Below, one piece after another: positions 1-12,189 of a DNA stretch of 45,783 nucleotides. The DNA comes from Craspedostauros australis. Lineage: Eukaryota. The stretch is taken from contig JALAGF010004967.1 of NCBI GenBank assembly GCA_030167865.1, positions 1-45,783 of the forward strand, given 5' to 3'. Under the pieces are notes generated by a model that worked only from the letters and a program-made list of their open reading frames with translations, searched no databases and was not told where the DNA came from. Each line of letters starts with the position of its first letter. Within the stretch, counting starts at the first letter, position 1. The position numbers were made by a program, and so were the translations under genes.

Positions 1-18
1 CATCACCAAATCTTGCAG

Positions 19-3000
19 AAACGACGACGCTTGTGGCTGTCCTGAACTCCTTGCATATTCGTCAGTACAACAAGTACTACGAGGAAGTAAAGCGCATTGC
101 AGCCATGCAGACTGGAAACCGCCAAGCAGCGTTGACGGTGGCCCGCAAGGCAAAACCCAGGCTACTGGTATGCGCTCCATCCAATGCCGCTGTTGATAAC
201 ATCATCCTCAAGATCATGGAGGATGGATTCGTGGACGGGAGCGGGAAACGGTACAACCCAAGCATGATTCGGGTGGGAGTTGGGAAATCACCAGCCGTCA
301 AGGATGTTGCCCTGGAAACCAAGGTGGACTCCATCCTTTCCGAACACATGGACGCGGGCCGGTTGGACTCCACGATCGCTGGCCTCCGCATGGAGCTGCA
401 GCGTATATCTGGCGACATTGCCAAATACAGACGCCGGATCCATGCGATCTCGCAGGCGTCACCCTGGCCACTTGCCAAGGACTGGGAAATCAGGATCGAC
501 GAGAAGACCTTCGATGAGACTGGCATGGTGTACTTCGTCAATCACAAGACGCAGATGACGACGTACGAATGCCCGCCGCCGCCGGAACCTGGCGAGAGGC
601 AATTCCCAGCAAGGGCCATGCCCGAGTACAAGTCGTACGTTGCCCGTATCGTCAAGTCCGTTGAGGGATACTTCAGCATTAAATCCAACCTGGAGCGCAC
701 TACAATCGTGAAGGGCACTTTGGACAGCGGCGCAAATCGCATTGCTGTCCGGCAGTCGCTAGAAAGCCATGTTCTCAACTCCGTTCACATGGTGATGACG
801 ACGCTCGGCACTGCGGGAAATCGGGTGCTTGAGGGCGTTGACAAGTTTGAGGTGGTGGTTGTGGACGAGGCGGCACAGAGCGTGGAGCCGGCAACGCTAT
901 CTGCATTGCAGTTGGGATCCCGGCATGCGGTACTCGTGGGAGATCCGCAGCAGCTGCCTGCCACAATCTTCAACGTCTCCGGACGAGGCTCGAAGTTTGA
1001 CAGGAGTTTATTCCAGAGGATGGAAGAGGCTGGGCAGGACGTGTTCATGCTGAATGAGCAGTACCGAATGCATCCGCAGATATCTCACTTTCCCCGTCAC
1101 ATCTTCTACGGTGGCACGCTGAAGGACGGCCCCAACGTCACCAAATCGACTTATGGGAATCCGTTGGTCAAGTCTGTATGCTCCCGCGTCCCAGCATTCA
1201 ATGTGAGTTGCTGATGGTTACTGATGGTTACTGATGGTTACGATGTTTACTGATCACGGCTCATTCGATCAATGATGAGCTGTTGCCGTTCCGTCCGATC
1301 TTGCCTGTGCCCAGTGTCGTGGCGACTCCGTCGATTATGCCGGCGATGCTCAAAGTTACGAATAGGACTCAGGAATGACCCAAATCCGACCAGAATCGAG
1401 AAGGTCTGAATGGAAGCAACCCACAGTATGCTGCAACCCAGTGCAATGCGATGCTCTACGTATGATGTATCATATCACTCACATGCTGAGATGCTGTACT
1501 ATACTCTGCCACTTCTTTTGCAGCCGTTCACCGTCCTTGATCTGGATTCCCGTGAGGAACGAGGCGGGACAAGTTTGGCAAATTCAACCGAGGCTCATCT
1601 AGCGGTCCATCTGTACACGTCTTTACGCGACATCACCAATGGCCTGTCTGCCAAGTCGCGCGTGGCCGTCATTACACCATACAGTCAGCAAGCGGGCTTG
1701 TTGAGGCGTGTCTTTCGCGATGCGTTGGGGAACCAGTGCGATCGATTGGTGGAGGTTAACACTGTCGATGCATTCCAAGGCAGAGAGGCCAACATTGTGA
1801 TCTTCTCCGCCGTCCGAGCAGCAGGCAGCCATGGCATTGGCTTCCTCAGCGATGTGCGGCGCATGAACGTGGCTCTAACCCGTGCGAAGCACTTTCTCTT
1901 CGTCATTGCGAGGTGCCAATCGATCGTTGTCAATCCATACTGGAGAGATCTGGTGGGGCATGCCAGAGAAACCAACGCAGTTGTCCGTGTTCCGATGAAG
2001 AACGGATCAAAGTTCAGCAAGGTCGATTTTGGTGCCATCACGCAATGGCAGGGAGAGAATCCGAAGCGAGTGGATCCTTTGGAACGCATCCAGTCGGTTC
2101 AACCATCTCGGGAGCGTGCAGTAGATCCACGGCGCCGAAAGGCAACCCAAGCGGCATCATCAGGTGTTGCGAGTGGAGGAAGTGTCAGCATCGAAATCCC
2201 ACCGCAGCAACAACAACAGTTGCCACCAAGTCGAACGTCGTCACAATCAGTCTCATCCTCTTCAGTTTTACAGCAACCACAGCCACGGCCACAGCCCCAA
2301 CTACAGCCCCACGTACAGCAGCACACACAGGTGAAAATGCAACCACAGCTCCAGCCGCAAACGCAAATCCAACACCAACACCAAACGCAGCCAATGTTGG
2401 ATACAAGGTCGCAACTGCCATTAATGTCGTTGCCACCGTCTATGCCACAAGCCACGGAACATATGAATCTGCAAGTTCAACCACAGCAACAACTGCAACC
2501 ACAATCGCAACCGCAACCGACACAAAACGAAATTCATCTCCAGGCACAAATGCAGCAGCAACAGCAGCAGCAACCGTTCCAATCGCAAGTACAATCGTCA
2601 ACGCACCAGCAACCAATGGTGCAGCAGCAGCAGCCGTTTCAGCCACATCCTCAGGCGCAGGCGCAGGTGCAGGTTCTGATGGGACAGCAGCAGCTTCAGA
2701 CACAAATGCAACAACCACAGATTCAACAACAATTCCAAGAGCAACCGCACTCGCAGATGCATCAACTTCAGGCACAGCAGCAGCCACAACAACACCAACA
2801 GCAGCAGCATTTTCAACCGCAGATGCAACCACAGGTGCAAGTGCAGATACAACAACCACAGATGCAGTTGCAACAACAATTCCAACCACAAATGCAGATG
2901 CAGCTGCAAATGCAGCAACCTCAGATGCAACAAGTGCAACCGCCGCAAGGGCAGATGCAACAACAAAGCATTCGCTCACAAGCGGCAGTGCCGATGAATG

Positions 3001-3560
3001 CAATGCCAATCGCTGGCGCAGTTGCAGTATTGCCCCCGCCACCCTCTGCAGCGACACACAGACAGCAGCAACTTCCGCCTCCTCCTCCGCCACCACCACC
3101 CTCCGCCGCCCAATATCCACAGCACCATATGCCATCACAACTCGGGCAACACACGTATCCAGGAGCAGCACATGGCACGCAGCACCCACCGGCAATGTAC
3201 CCAAACCAAGACTACAATCAGAACCCGAGTGAAGACCAATATCAGCATCAAACTCCGCACCACGTCCGCCGTGAACATGGTGTGTCACCACCCCCGCCAC
3301 CTCCTCCTCCGCCACCACAGATGCAGCAGCAGCAACATCAGGCGAATGCATATTCACAGCCCCATCATGGTTTTCAGCCTCCTCCCCCACCTCCACCGCC
3401 ACCGCCCCATCCGAGTACTTACAATCCCCACTCTGCCAATGCACAAAAGACAAGACCCAAATCGAAATGGAAAGGGAAACAGAAGCACAAAACCAAGAAC
3501 AAACAGAAGCAACGACAGAGTCAGAAGCAGAAACAACACATCCCTGGTCCATTTGGTTGA
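19..3560 (+). CDS. SEN1: Sen1/senataxin-like (UPF1-like SF1B) RNA/DNA helicase, 5'-truncated; exons 19-1202 and 1524-3560; WW domain in the core and Q/P-rich C-terminal tail
   Basis: SF1B motifs: (K)TTTLVAVLN (end of Walker A, directly after acceptor ttgcAG at 13-18), LVCAPSNAAVD, VVVDEAAQSVE, LVGDPQQLPAT, RSLFQR, LNEQYRMHPQI, VITPYSQQ, TVDAFQGRE, IGFLSDVRRMNVALTRAK. Removing intron 1203-1523 joins ...PAFN to PFTVLDL in frame. Confidence 0.85.
1203..1523 (+). other. Spliceosomal intron (phase 0, 321 nt) in helicase gene
   Basis: GTGAGT donor, pyrimidine tract and ttttgCAG acceptor; splicing restores a continuous helicase frame. Confidence 0.9.
1211..1254 (+). repeat. 10-bp tandem repeat (CTGATGGTTA)x3 plus a degenerate copy, intronic
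   Basis: Directly visible in the sequence. Confidence 0.9.
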
Positions 3561-4032
3561 TTGGAGCGGGCCATTCTCCCGACCATACTTACTTGTACCT
3601 ACGTACATATTATGTACGAGCTATCTTCGCAACACCCGTGTTATGTTCGCAACGAGGAAACTAGCGAAAGAGGCGAACTACGAGCCAATTGGCATATCAT
3701 GCACAAACGACGGCCTTTGGCGCGCACCCTCATTCTCCAACCATTTTCTCGCATTTCGACAATGTACGAGTACTTGCCTTATCCCAGCAGAGGATTGAGG
3801 GATAATTGTAGATTATGATTACCTTCCTTCCTTCTTGCCTCCACTTGCTCTACTTCGCGTTCCTCCACAAGTACTAGTATGAGGAACAGTGCTCTCCAGA
3901 CAACGCACTCAACACACAACGCCCTCCTCGGACCACTGCATTCGCCACACAACAAGCAGGACCATCATTAACATCAACCACAAGAAGAACCAAAGCAACG
4001 ACTCAAGAAGCAGCATCATCTTCCCGTCAATC

Positions 4033-5498
4033 ATGCCAAGGCCTCCAAACACATGGCTACCGTCTATCCATGGCACGAACACGAGGCGTATTCTCTCTTT
4101 TGGCATCGGCTTTACTCTCGTATTGACGAATTTGAGGTGGTCTCAGCAGATGTTGGGAGCCTTCACAACGCCAATCATTGATGCCTACAGAGATGCCGCC
4201 GTCGACACTTCAACAGGAGGAGTTTCCAGCCACCCTCCTCGATGGAATAGCAACATCACGGACTTCCCATCCTTCATGCTGCAATGGCCAACTGATACAT
4301 TCGAACCAGACCAACGCGATATTATGAACGCTTCAATGCCGTACATCTTCGCCATCACCAACTATTCCAAATCGTACGATCCGGAGGATGTCTTCATTTC
4401 TTTTCACGGTAGCATCACTGAAGCATGGAAGCAAGGTGGCGTTTCAATGAAGGAGGTCGATCGCACGAATTCGACGAACATTGGTATCGGTCAAGTCAAA
4501 ACAGCCGCGTGTGGGATAGGCAACCCTGCCTGGCTTGCCCACTTCCCACATCTGATGCAAAACTTGTACCCATGTTGGTCGTTGTGGAAACACTTCCCAG
4601 ACGCTGAACACGTCTTTTTTTTCTTGGCCGCAAGTTCCGCAAAAACATATTTCGTTGGTCAGTGTTGGGCACTACAGTTCTCAAACTGCTTGAAGCAGAG
4701 AACATTATGTTCGTCACCATGCCTCAGCAGCACTACATCGAAGAATTCAAAGATCGCCCCAACAACCTGCTTTTTGTCGGGGGGAAGATCGTGAGTGATC
4801 ACTGGGAAGCCGTCGACGAAGGTGGTTACCGGGCTGCCCACGAAGATGACTTGTTAGATTTCAGGACGCGTGTCTTGAATCTATTTGGGTTCGGCCGTTG
4901 CGTCAATCAAGCTTGTGGAACGACTTCCCAGTCTGATACGCACGCGGCATCCCCACAATTGTTGGGAACCAACGACAAAGTAGACACAGGCGATGGCTCA
5001 AACGCCCAAACACGCCGCCCACCACGCATCGCCATCGCCAATCGTTTCGAAACCCGGCGAGTGATTGGAGCGCACAACATCTCCATGCTCCTGCAGGAGG
5101 AGCTCAATCTTCCGTACAGACCTCCCGTTTTCTTCATCGATCACCTGCCAGCCGAACAGCAACTGGAGTTATTCTCCAACATCGATATCTTGCTGACACC
5201 GCATGGAGCGATGCTGACAAATATACCATTCATGCCTCGTTGCAGTTCAGTGATCGAAGTGATCCCGCGCGCCTATCCTTTTGGAAGCTTCTTTGGAACG
5301 CTGGCTGCACTATCCGGTGTCAATCATTCCTATGTCTACCTTGGAGAGGATTTGGTTACCGACACTGTAGGTTTGAGATCGTTGGAGTTGCAAGGCGCTG
5401 CGCGCGCAGTTCGACTATGCGCGCCAGTGCATGCGCTCATAGAGGCAGTGGAGATCCAGGTCGATCAGTGGCACCAGTGCTGCAGATTTGCCGGTTAA
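4033..5498 (+). CDS. GT61/DUF563-like type II membrane glycosyltransferase, interrupted by a -1 frameshift at the T8 run 4615-4622 (sequencing error, pseudogene or recoding)
   Basis: N-terminal anchor RRILSFGIGFTLVLTNL; AHFPHLMQNLYP; C-terminal GT61 signature QLELFSNIDILLTPHGAMLTNIPFMPRCSSVIEVIP. One extra T would join ORF 3889-4794 to ORF 4662-5498 (HVFFFLGRKFRKNIFRWSVLGTT). Confidence 0.7.
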
Positions 5499-6048
5499 AC
5501 AGTTGTTGGAGTCCGTCTGTGGCGAGCATGGTAGTTACGAGTGGAGTACTCTGTATGTCGCACCAGTAGCATCCAACACCAACCTCCAAGCAATGATGAA
5601 GTCGTCCACCTTTGTAGAGTGGAAAGTAAAGATCACTTTCACTTTCCTGGTTGTTTTCTGGGGTGATGCTGTAGATGGTCTAGTTAAGCAACGAAAACCT
5701 ATGTAGCGTCGTTTATTCGATGTAATCAAATTGACCAGGTGGAACATAGTATTGGCGTGACACCATTCCTGACGTCATCAACAACACGCAACCAGCAAGA
5801 GATGAAGGAAAGATTTCTTTTTGCGTCGTGGAAGATCACTTTGGGACACGAACAACTGTGTGATTGATCTTGAGTTTGTGTCTGCGTTTGTGCACGTGTT
5901 GTGTTTGCGAATTGATTCTGGCGTGACGCAGCCACCACAGAGAGAGAGGGTGATGGAGTGCTTCCACTTTCGCGCGCTCGTCTTCTGGTTCCTCGTTTGC
6001 ATTTGATGCAACATCCCAAACATCCACAGCATTCCAAGCTCCTCTTCC

Positions 6049-6069
6049 CCTCTCTCTCTCTCTCTCTCT
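6049..6069. repeat. (CT)n microsatellite upstream of VIPP1
   Basis: Directly visible. Confidence 0.85.
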
Positions 6070-6189
6070 TTGGTCCTGCCAACCGAAGCACAACCAAAGA
6101 ACGCACTCCAATCAAAGCACGAGTGCATACTTACCATTACATTATAATATATAATATTATTATACACAGTACAGAAGAAGCAAGCAAAC

Positions 6190-7693
6190 ATGAAGTTCAC
6201 AACAGCATCCACCATGCTGGCGGTCGTGGCCGCTGCCTCCGGCACAGCCAGAGTCGCTGCCTTCATGGTCCGACCGCCATCCACACCGACATCGTCGTCC
6301 TTCGTGGCCAAGACGCACGGTATCCACAATGCCCTCCAAACCACGAACGCAGCTGCCTCCTCCACGGCTCTCCAGATGAACCTCTTCGACCGATTCTCGC
6401 GCGTTGCCAAGTCCAATCTCAACAACATCCTTCAGAACCTCGAGGATCCTGAAAAGATCATGAATCAGGCTGTCGAGGATATGCAGGTGCGTCTACGTTC
6501 ATGTTCATGTGCACGTTCATGTCCACCTGTGCTTCACACTATACCACCAATAATAGAATACATGGCAATATGTCCATCCGAGACGCATGACACTCGACAC
6601 TCACCCTCAGATCATTCATATCTCCCTTCTCCTTTTCATACTCGAATTTCCGTTCCCAAACAACATTGCAACAACATTGTAACAACAATATTCAATCACA
6701 TGATGACTCGTGCGCTGTCGGTTCATGTATCGATCACCGGCGCCACCAACGATCTTTGCGATATTCGATTATACGTTGAATACATTACATAATAAATGAC
6801 AACAACATCAACAACAATTGTTGGTCATGTCATCAAAATCAATGACATGCTCAACCCACCAATACTCAACCATCCACTGGATGTGTGCGACTACGACTAC
6901 GACCTCCGCGTCCACCACGCAATAATTTCAAAAACTATGCAATCCCTTGCCCCGTTCATTTATTCGATTCTTTGACTCTTTGACGCACCTCATGAATCCT
7001 CCATCACAGCAAGATCTCGTCAAGGTCCGACAATCTTACGCCGAGGTCACAGCCACGCAACGCCGTCTCCTCAAGCAGAAGGAACAGTCCGACGCCATGT
7101 CCAACGACTGGTACGAACGTGCGCAGCTCGCCCTCAAGTCGGGCAAGGAGGAACTGGCGCGCGAGGCCCTGAACCGTCGCCAGCAGTACGTGGACGAATC
7201 CGCCCAGCTGCAGGACCAGATCGACGGCCAGGCCGACAGCATCGACAAACTCTACGAGGGTATGCAAATGCTCGAGGCGAAGATCCTGGAGGCGAAATCC
7301 AAGAAGGAGCAGATGGTGGCGCGTGCACGCACGGCACAGACCACGCAGAAGGTTAACGACATGCTCAGCGGCGTCACTGGCAAGTCCAGCATGGACGCCT
7401 TCAACCGCATGGAGGACAAGGTCGCCTCCCTGGAGGCATCCGCGGAAATTTCCGCCGAGATGGGGGCCATCGGCGGCAACGCACTGCCAGGCACCGCAGC
7501 ATCATCCATCGAGAACGAATTCAAAAAGCTCGAAGCCTCCAGCGCCGTCGATGACGAACTGAACAAGCTCAAGGGGCTCATCGGCGGATCCAGCGACGCG
7601 GACGCCAAGTCGTCAGCATCGAAGCCGCCGTCGTCCGCAAACAAGGCGTTGGATGATGAATTTGAAAAGCTCAAGAAGGACGCTGGTCTGTAA
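6190..7693 (+). CDS. VIPP1: Plastid VIPP1/IM30 (PspA/ESCRT-III superfamily), about 326 aa; exons 6190-6486 and 7010-7693
   Basis: Signal peptide ending VAA|FMVRP (ASAFAP-like), S/T-rich transit peptide, mature start MNLFDRFSRVAKSNLNNILQNLEDPEKIMNQAVEDMQ; WYERAQLAL...EELAREAL; SSMDAFNRMEDKV; VIPP1-type extra C-terminal helix LDDEFEKLKKDA. Confidence 0.95.
6487..7009 (+). other. Spliceosomal intron (phase 0, 523 nt) in VIPP1
   Basis: CAG|GTGCGT donor and catcaCAG acceptor; joins EDMQ to QDLVKVRQ in frame. Confidence 0.9.
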
Positions 7694-8462
7694 ATTGTGC
7701 CAGCCTGTTGTTCCTGTCATTGTCATGCGATGGCACGTTCCATGTGCTGAAGTTAGTGTGGAAGGGAACATCTTCTCTCCCAAGCGATGGAAAGAATGGT
7801 GGAGCATCAACATTACGACAACAGTCCGAGGATCTAGTCAGAACATGACGCGATATGCGAACAACATTACCAACGGCAACTATAGCGAGAGAACCAAAGC
7901 TCTCACCTTGACATCCGGCTGGCACCGATCAATGAATGCATCCGTGGCGATTCAACCTCAATTACTCTGCCTGCATCGATGTATGCACTTGCACGCTTCA
8001 AACGGCAAAGCAAGAAGGCGAGCGGAGCCACATCCGAACTTCGTTGCGGGTTCCCAGCAGCTGCCTCTATGGATGGCAGTGCAGGCATTCCGATGTTAAT
8101 CTTCCCTGGGCTCCGCATCACGAATACTCGACGGGCCAACCGGCCAACCAACGGGAATGCAAGCCGTGCCCAATCATTCATGCTACTATATTATAACGTA
8201 CGGTGTGCTGCTCCAATTCGACATGCCACGAGCAAGAGTAGCGTAGAGTACGTAGGATATATCATATGTTCATCTATCCCGCTACCAAAACAGTTTGTGT
8301 GTGCACGCGCATGTGTGTTGATCTGCGAACAGTGAGTGATGAACAACCACTGGAGCTTCGGAATGGATAGAGTACGGTTGTTTCAATGATTGCTGCCTAT
8401 TATTCAATCACGGCATCAACCACGCATTCCATCCACCGCGAGTGGCGTTCAGGCTCGAAACA

Positions 8463-11400
8463 TCATGGACGGACATGCTGATCCGCTGGAGTATGCGAGG
8501 CGGGCGCGACAGCCGTCTTCCGTGCCTTCTGGAGCTTCTCCTGACGCACCGCGTTCTTTTGCGCGCTGCGGGCCTTCACTTCACGGTAGAAGTCTTCGTA
8601 CTTACGCAGCGCTGCTGCCTTCTTGCGGCTCTGTTCCTTCTCCGCTTTCAGGTCATTCTTCAGCTTTCGTATCAGCTGCTCCTGGCGCTGGACCTGTTCC
8701 TTCGCCGCCATACCCGTCATGTAATCGCTGGTCAGCACCAGGTTGTCACTGGTTGGCTTGTTTCGAGATATGGCCTTGCTCTCTGTACCTGCGCTTGCTT
8801 CGTGAGTCTTGGACTGCGGGTCGCCGTCCGATCCATCCTCCTTCACAGTTGATACCACTGCTGCTGCTGCTGCCTGTTTTCTGTACTTCTCCAACGATTT
8901 GGATAGCACTGCGAATCGGTTCGTGAACTCTGCCTTGAATCGTTTCATCTGCTCTTTCGCTGCCTTGGCTTCGGCCCGTGCCGACTGCGCATCCTCCACT
9001 TGGCGCATGAGCGTAGCGTTCTCATCGCCCAACGTTTTCAAAGCGTCCATCAATCTGAGGACTTGCTTCGTCGTGGAGGCATCTGACGCCATTGTGCTGT
9101 TGCCGGCGGTGTTGGTAGCGTTCATTCCGGCTGATGCTGATGTGTGGTGACCACCCACTAAAATAGCCCCGGACCCTGCGGTACCTGCACGGCTGCCAAT
9201 GGATAGAACGGAGTTGGCCAACACTTGCGAAGCTGCCATGGTCATGCTGCCAGGCGGCGGGCCTCCCCACCAGCTCGATTCTAATCCGTCTGTCCTTGCC
9301 GCGCTGTCCATCTGAGACGATGACCGGGCATCCACGCCATCCGCGGCAATCGATGGCGACTTGACCGACTGCTGCTGGGTTTGTGTCGCAGCACTGTGGT
9401 GCTGATGAGACGCATTGGCATTGGAATGCGAGCCCGCTGCGTGCTGCTGCTGTTGCTGATGGAGCCCTGCGAGATTTGAGTTGCTGTTGTTGCCAATCGC
9501 ACCCGTGCTCAGCACACGGCTTGTGGTCAGGTTCTGCAATCGGTTTGCGCGCGCGCGAACACCGGCGCTTCTGCTGCCCGCGACCTGGGTTGGTTGCGCC
9601 ATGCCATTGCGTCCGTAGGCACCTACGCCTGGTCCCATAGTGGATACGGCCCTCTGACCAGGCTGTGCCGATGAGATGGGCGCCATGTGAATGGAGGACG
9701 ACCCTCCCCACATGGCGGAGGAAGACATGTAGGACTGGGAACCTGGCGTGACGACCATGAAGCTGCCATCGATAGTGGTGTTCTTCGATAGCTTGTTGCT
9801 GCCGGCGTTGCCCCCAGTTCCCAACGCGGCATGGGCCTGATTGGCATACTGCATGCGAGTGTCCAAAGATGAGATGGACTGGCCGAGTCCCAGGGTCATG
9901 TCCATGTCTCGGAGTTCCTGTTCTAGTTCCATCATCTGATCAATGGGGTTTTGACCTGCCGCTCCTGCACCACTTCCGTTCCGAGCTTCGTTGGCAAGAT
10001 TGTCCGGCGACACCCCGCCGGGGATCAGGGATCCTTTGGAAGGCCTTCTGTTGCCGCTGGTGAAAGTAGATGATGACTTGCCTGTTCCTGGGACGGTTGG
10101 AGATGACGCGGACGGCGACGGCGAGGATGACGCCCTGCCCAAGAACATGGACTCTGAGATATCTTCCTCTCTGGGATGACCCGACCCCAGAGCCCCTCGG
10201 ACCACCGCCCGGAGACGTTCTTCCTTGGTTACTGTACCATCAGTGGATGTTGTCGGGTTCCCCAAAGGTATTGAGTTGGCGTCTGAAGGTCCAGCAGCAT
10301 TGGATCTCGCCGCGGATGTAGAAGATGGTGCAGCGCGAGATGAGGAAGCCGGTCCATTTGCATTGGTGTTAGCGCTCGATCCTGATTGGCGTGTTGCCGA
10401 TGTAGATGCGTTGGCCTTTGATGCGGCGCTGCTATTTGATTTGGACGATGACGATGGTGTTGAGGAGATGAGACGTTCGATCCCAGCTGTGTTGAGCCTC
10501 ATAATGCGCTTCAGGGCGATGGCCGACTTGGCTTGGGTTTGGCTGAGGAGGAGCAATGAATTGGAAAGCTGCGGGTTGATCGTCTGAACTCCAACGGCGC
10601 AGTCGCGATACAGCTTGGCAGATTTGGCATGTTGCGACAAGGCTGAGGGGTTGGTATCGTTGTTAGTATCGTTGTTGCGATGGCGGTTGTGGTGATTGTA
10701 TGGACGGACGCGCATGCGGGTGCATCATAGGTGCGGTGCGCACGGGCGAGCGAACGAGTGTGAGTGTGAATGTACATACGTACAGATGTTGAAGGAAGTG
10801 AGGTTTGAGTTGCACTGAGCGATTGAGTACATGTGTTTCAAACATCCGGCACGAAGGAGAAAATTCGTGGAGTGTACTCGTATGGCCATGGTGCTCTTTG
10901 TGGAATGCGTGATGAGCAACACGATGAGTATGTATGACATGCAACGATGGCGACAAGCTGTACAGAACGGAACTCACCCTCTCCCAACTGCCCATTCTGC
11001 TTGGCTTCCGTGGCTTGCAGAGAGGCTGAGCTGGCATCCTGCAGGTTTTGGGTGAGCACACTGTTATGAGTGTTGCTGCCGCTGCCGCTGCTGCGCTTGT
11101 GGGGATCCGATTGCGAATTTTGAGACACCGCATTGCTTAGGAGCAGGGCCAGGACATCTCCACGGTTGGTGTCCCCAGTTGCGCCTTCGTGGATGGCACT
11201 TTGGAATGCCGTGGCCCGACCGTACTCGTAGTCTTCGTCGTCGTCGATGTTGAGGTGGTCAGGTTCCGCATCCACAAAGACGTCAAATGAAGCGTGGTCG
11301 ACGGTGTCATGAACTCCAATGTCCGCGATGAAACCTGGCGGATTGTTGGCGATGGACGTCGCGAAGGCAGTCGGCGCAGGCTTCGGAGGCATGGCTCTGA

Positions 11401-12085
11401 CAGAAGGCATCCCAGGTCCCATCGCACGGTTCGTGGGATGGGAGACATGGGTCTGGTACTGACGAGGAGGACGTGGTATTCCAGCGGCCTGGCCGTGCGG
11501 TTGTTGTGCCGTGTGGGTTGTGTGTGTGGTCTGAGCTGATGGTGCTGTGGGGATGTCGATGTAGGCAAAGTCTGCGTCGACAAATGCCGCATCCGAGATG
11601 ATGGGATGCTGCTGCTGTTGATGCTGCTGTTGATGCTGCTGTTGACGTTGGTGTTGCTGACGAGGATGACTTGGATGGTGATGATGATGCTGCTGCTGTG
11701 AGCCATGAATATATGACGGAGGCACTTGCGGCGTCATGTGGACATTTGTGGGAATACCCACAATCGGAACCTGTGGATGATGTCCATTGGAACTCGCAGG
11801 TGCTGTATGAGTACGAGTCCCCGCACTCGCATTCGCACCATGCTGATGGGACTGATGCTGCTGCTCATGCTGCCCGCCGACGTAGATGGGGATGAGATCC
11901 ACATCCGAATCGATGAAGCTGCCTTGCGAGGATGCGGTCACGAGGCTGCTGCTAGCGCTTACGGCGTCATCGAGCACGTTGTCTCCGTTGATGTTGCCAG
12001 GGATGTTGCTTTGCACGTTGCTTGCGTTGGTCGCAGCAGGTAGACCATCATTGGGATCTTCCGTGACGGCGAATGGCAGCTCCAT
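8463..12085 (-). CDS. MIT-like domain + coiled-coil protein, about 1095 aa, putatively Atg38/NRBF2-like; exons 12085-10978 and 10642-8463
   Basis: Splicing rebuilds a three-helix MIT-like segment NLQDASSASLQATEAKQNGQLGE|ALSQHAKSAKLYRDCA...LSNSLLLLSQTQAKSA; C-terminal coiled coil KQVLRLMDALKTLGDENATLMRQVE; AIM/LIR-like DGSFMVV; the remainder is low complexity. Confidence 0.65.
10643..10977 (-). other. Spliceosomal intron (phase 1, 335 nt)
   Basis: Minus-strand G|GTGAGT donor at 10977 and ccctCAG acceptor ending at 10643; G+CC gives Ala and joins ORFs 10838-12088 and 8463-10715 in frame. Confidence 0.85.
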
Positions 12086-12164
12086 CACTCCTGCTTAGAC
12101 TGCACGAGTACAGAGTAAGTTCGCTCTTGAGTGTAACTCCACGTACATACGAATACACTCTCAA

Positions 12165-12189
12165 TCTCTCTCTCTCTCTCTCTCTCTCT
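12165..12189. repeat. (CT)n microsatellite upstream of the MIT-like gene
   Basis: Directly visible. Confidence 0.85.

Noticed and set aside
1913-3552. Long Ala/Thr-rich (1913-3232 +) and Val/Ala-rich (2440-3552 -) ORFs
   Set aside because: Alternative-frame and antisense shadows of the CAG/CAA-rich helicase tail.
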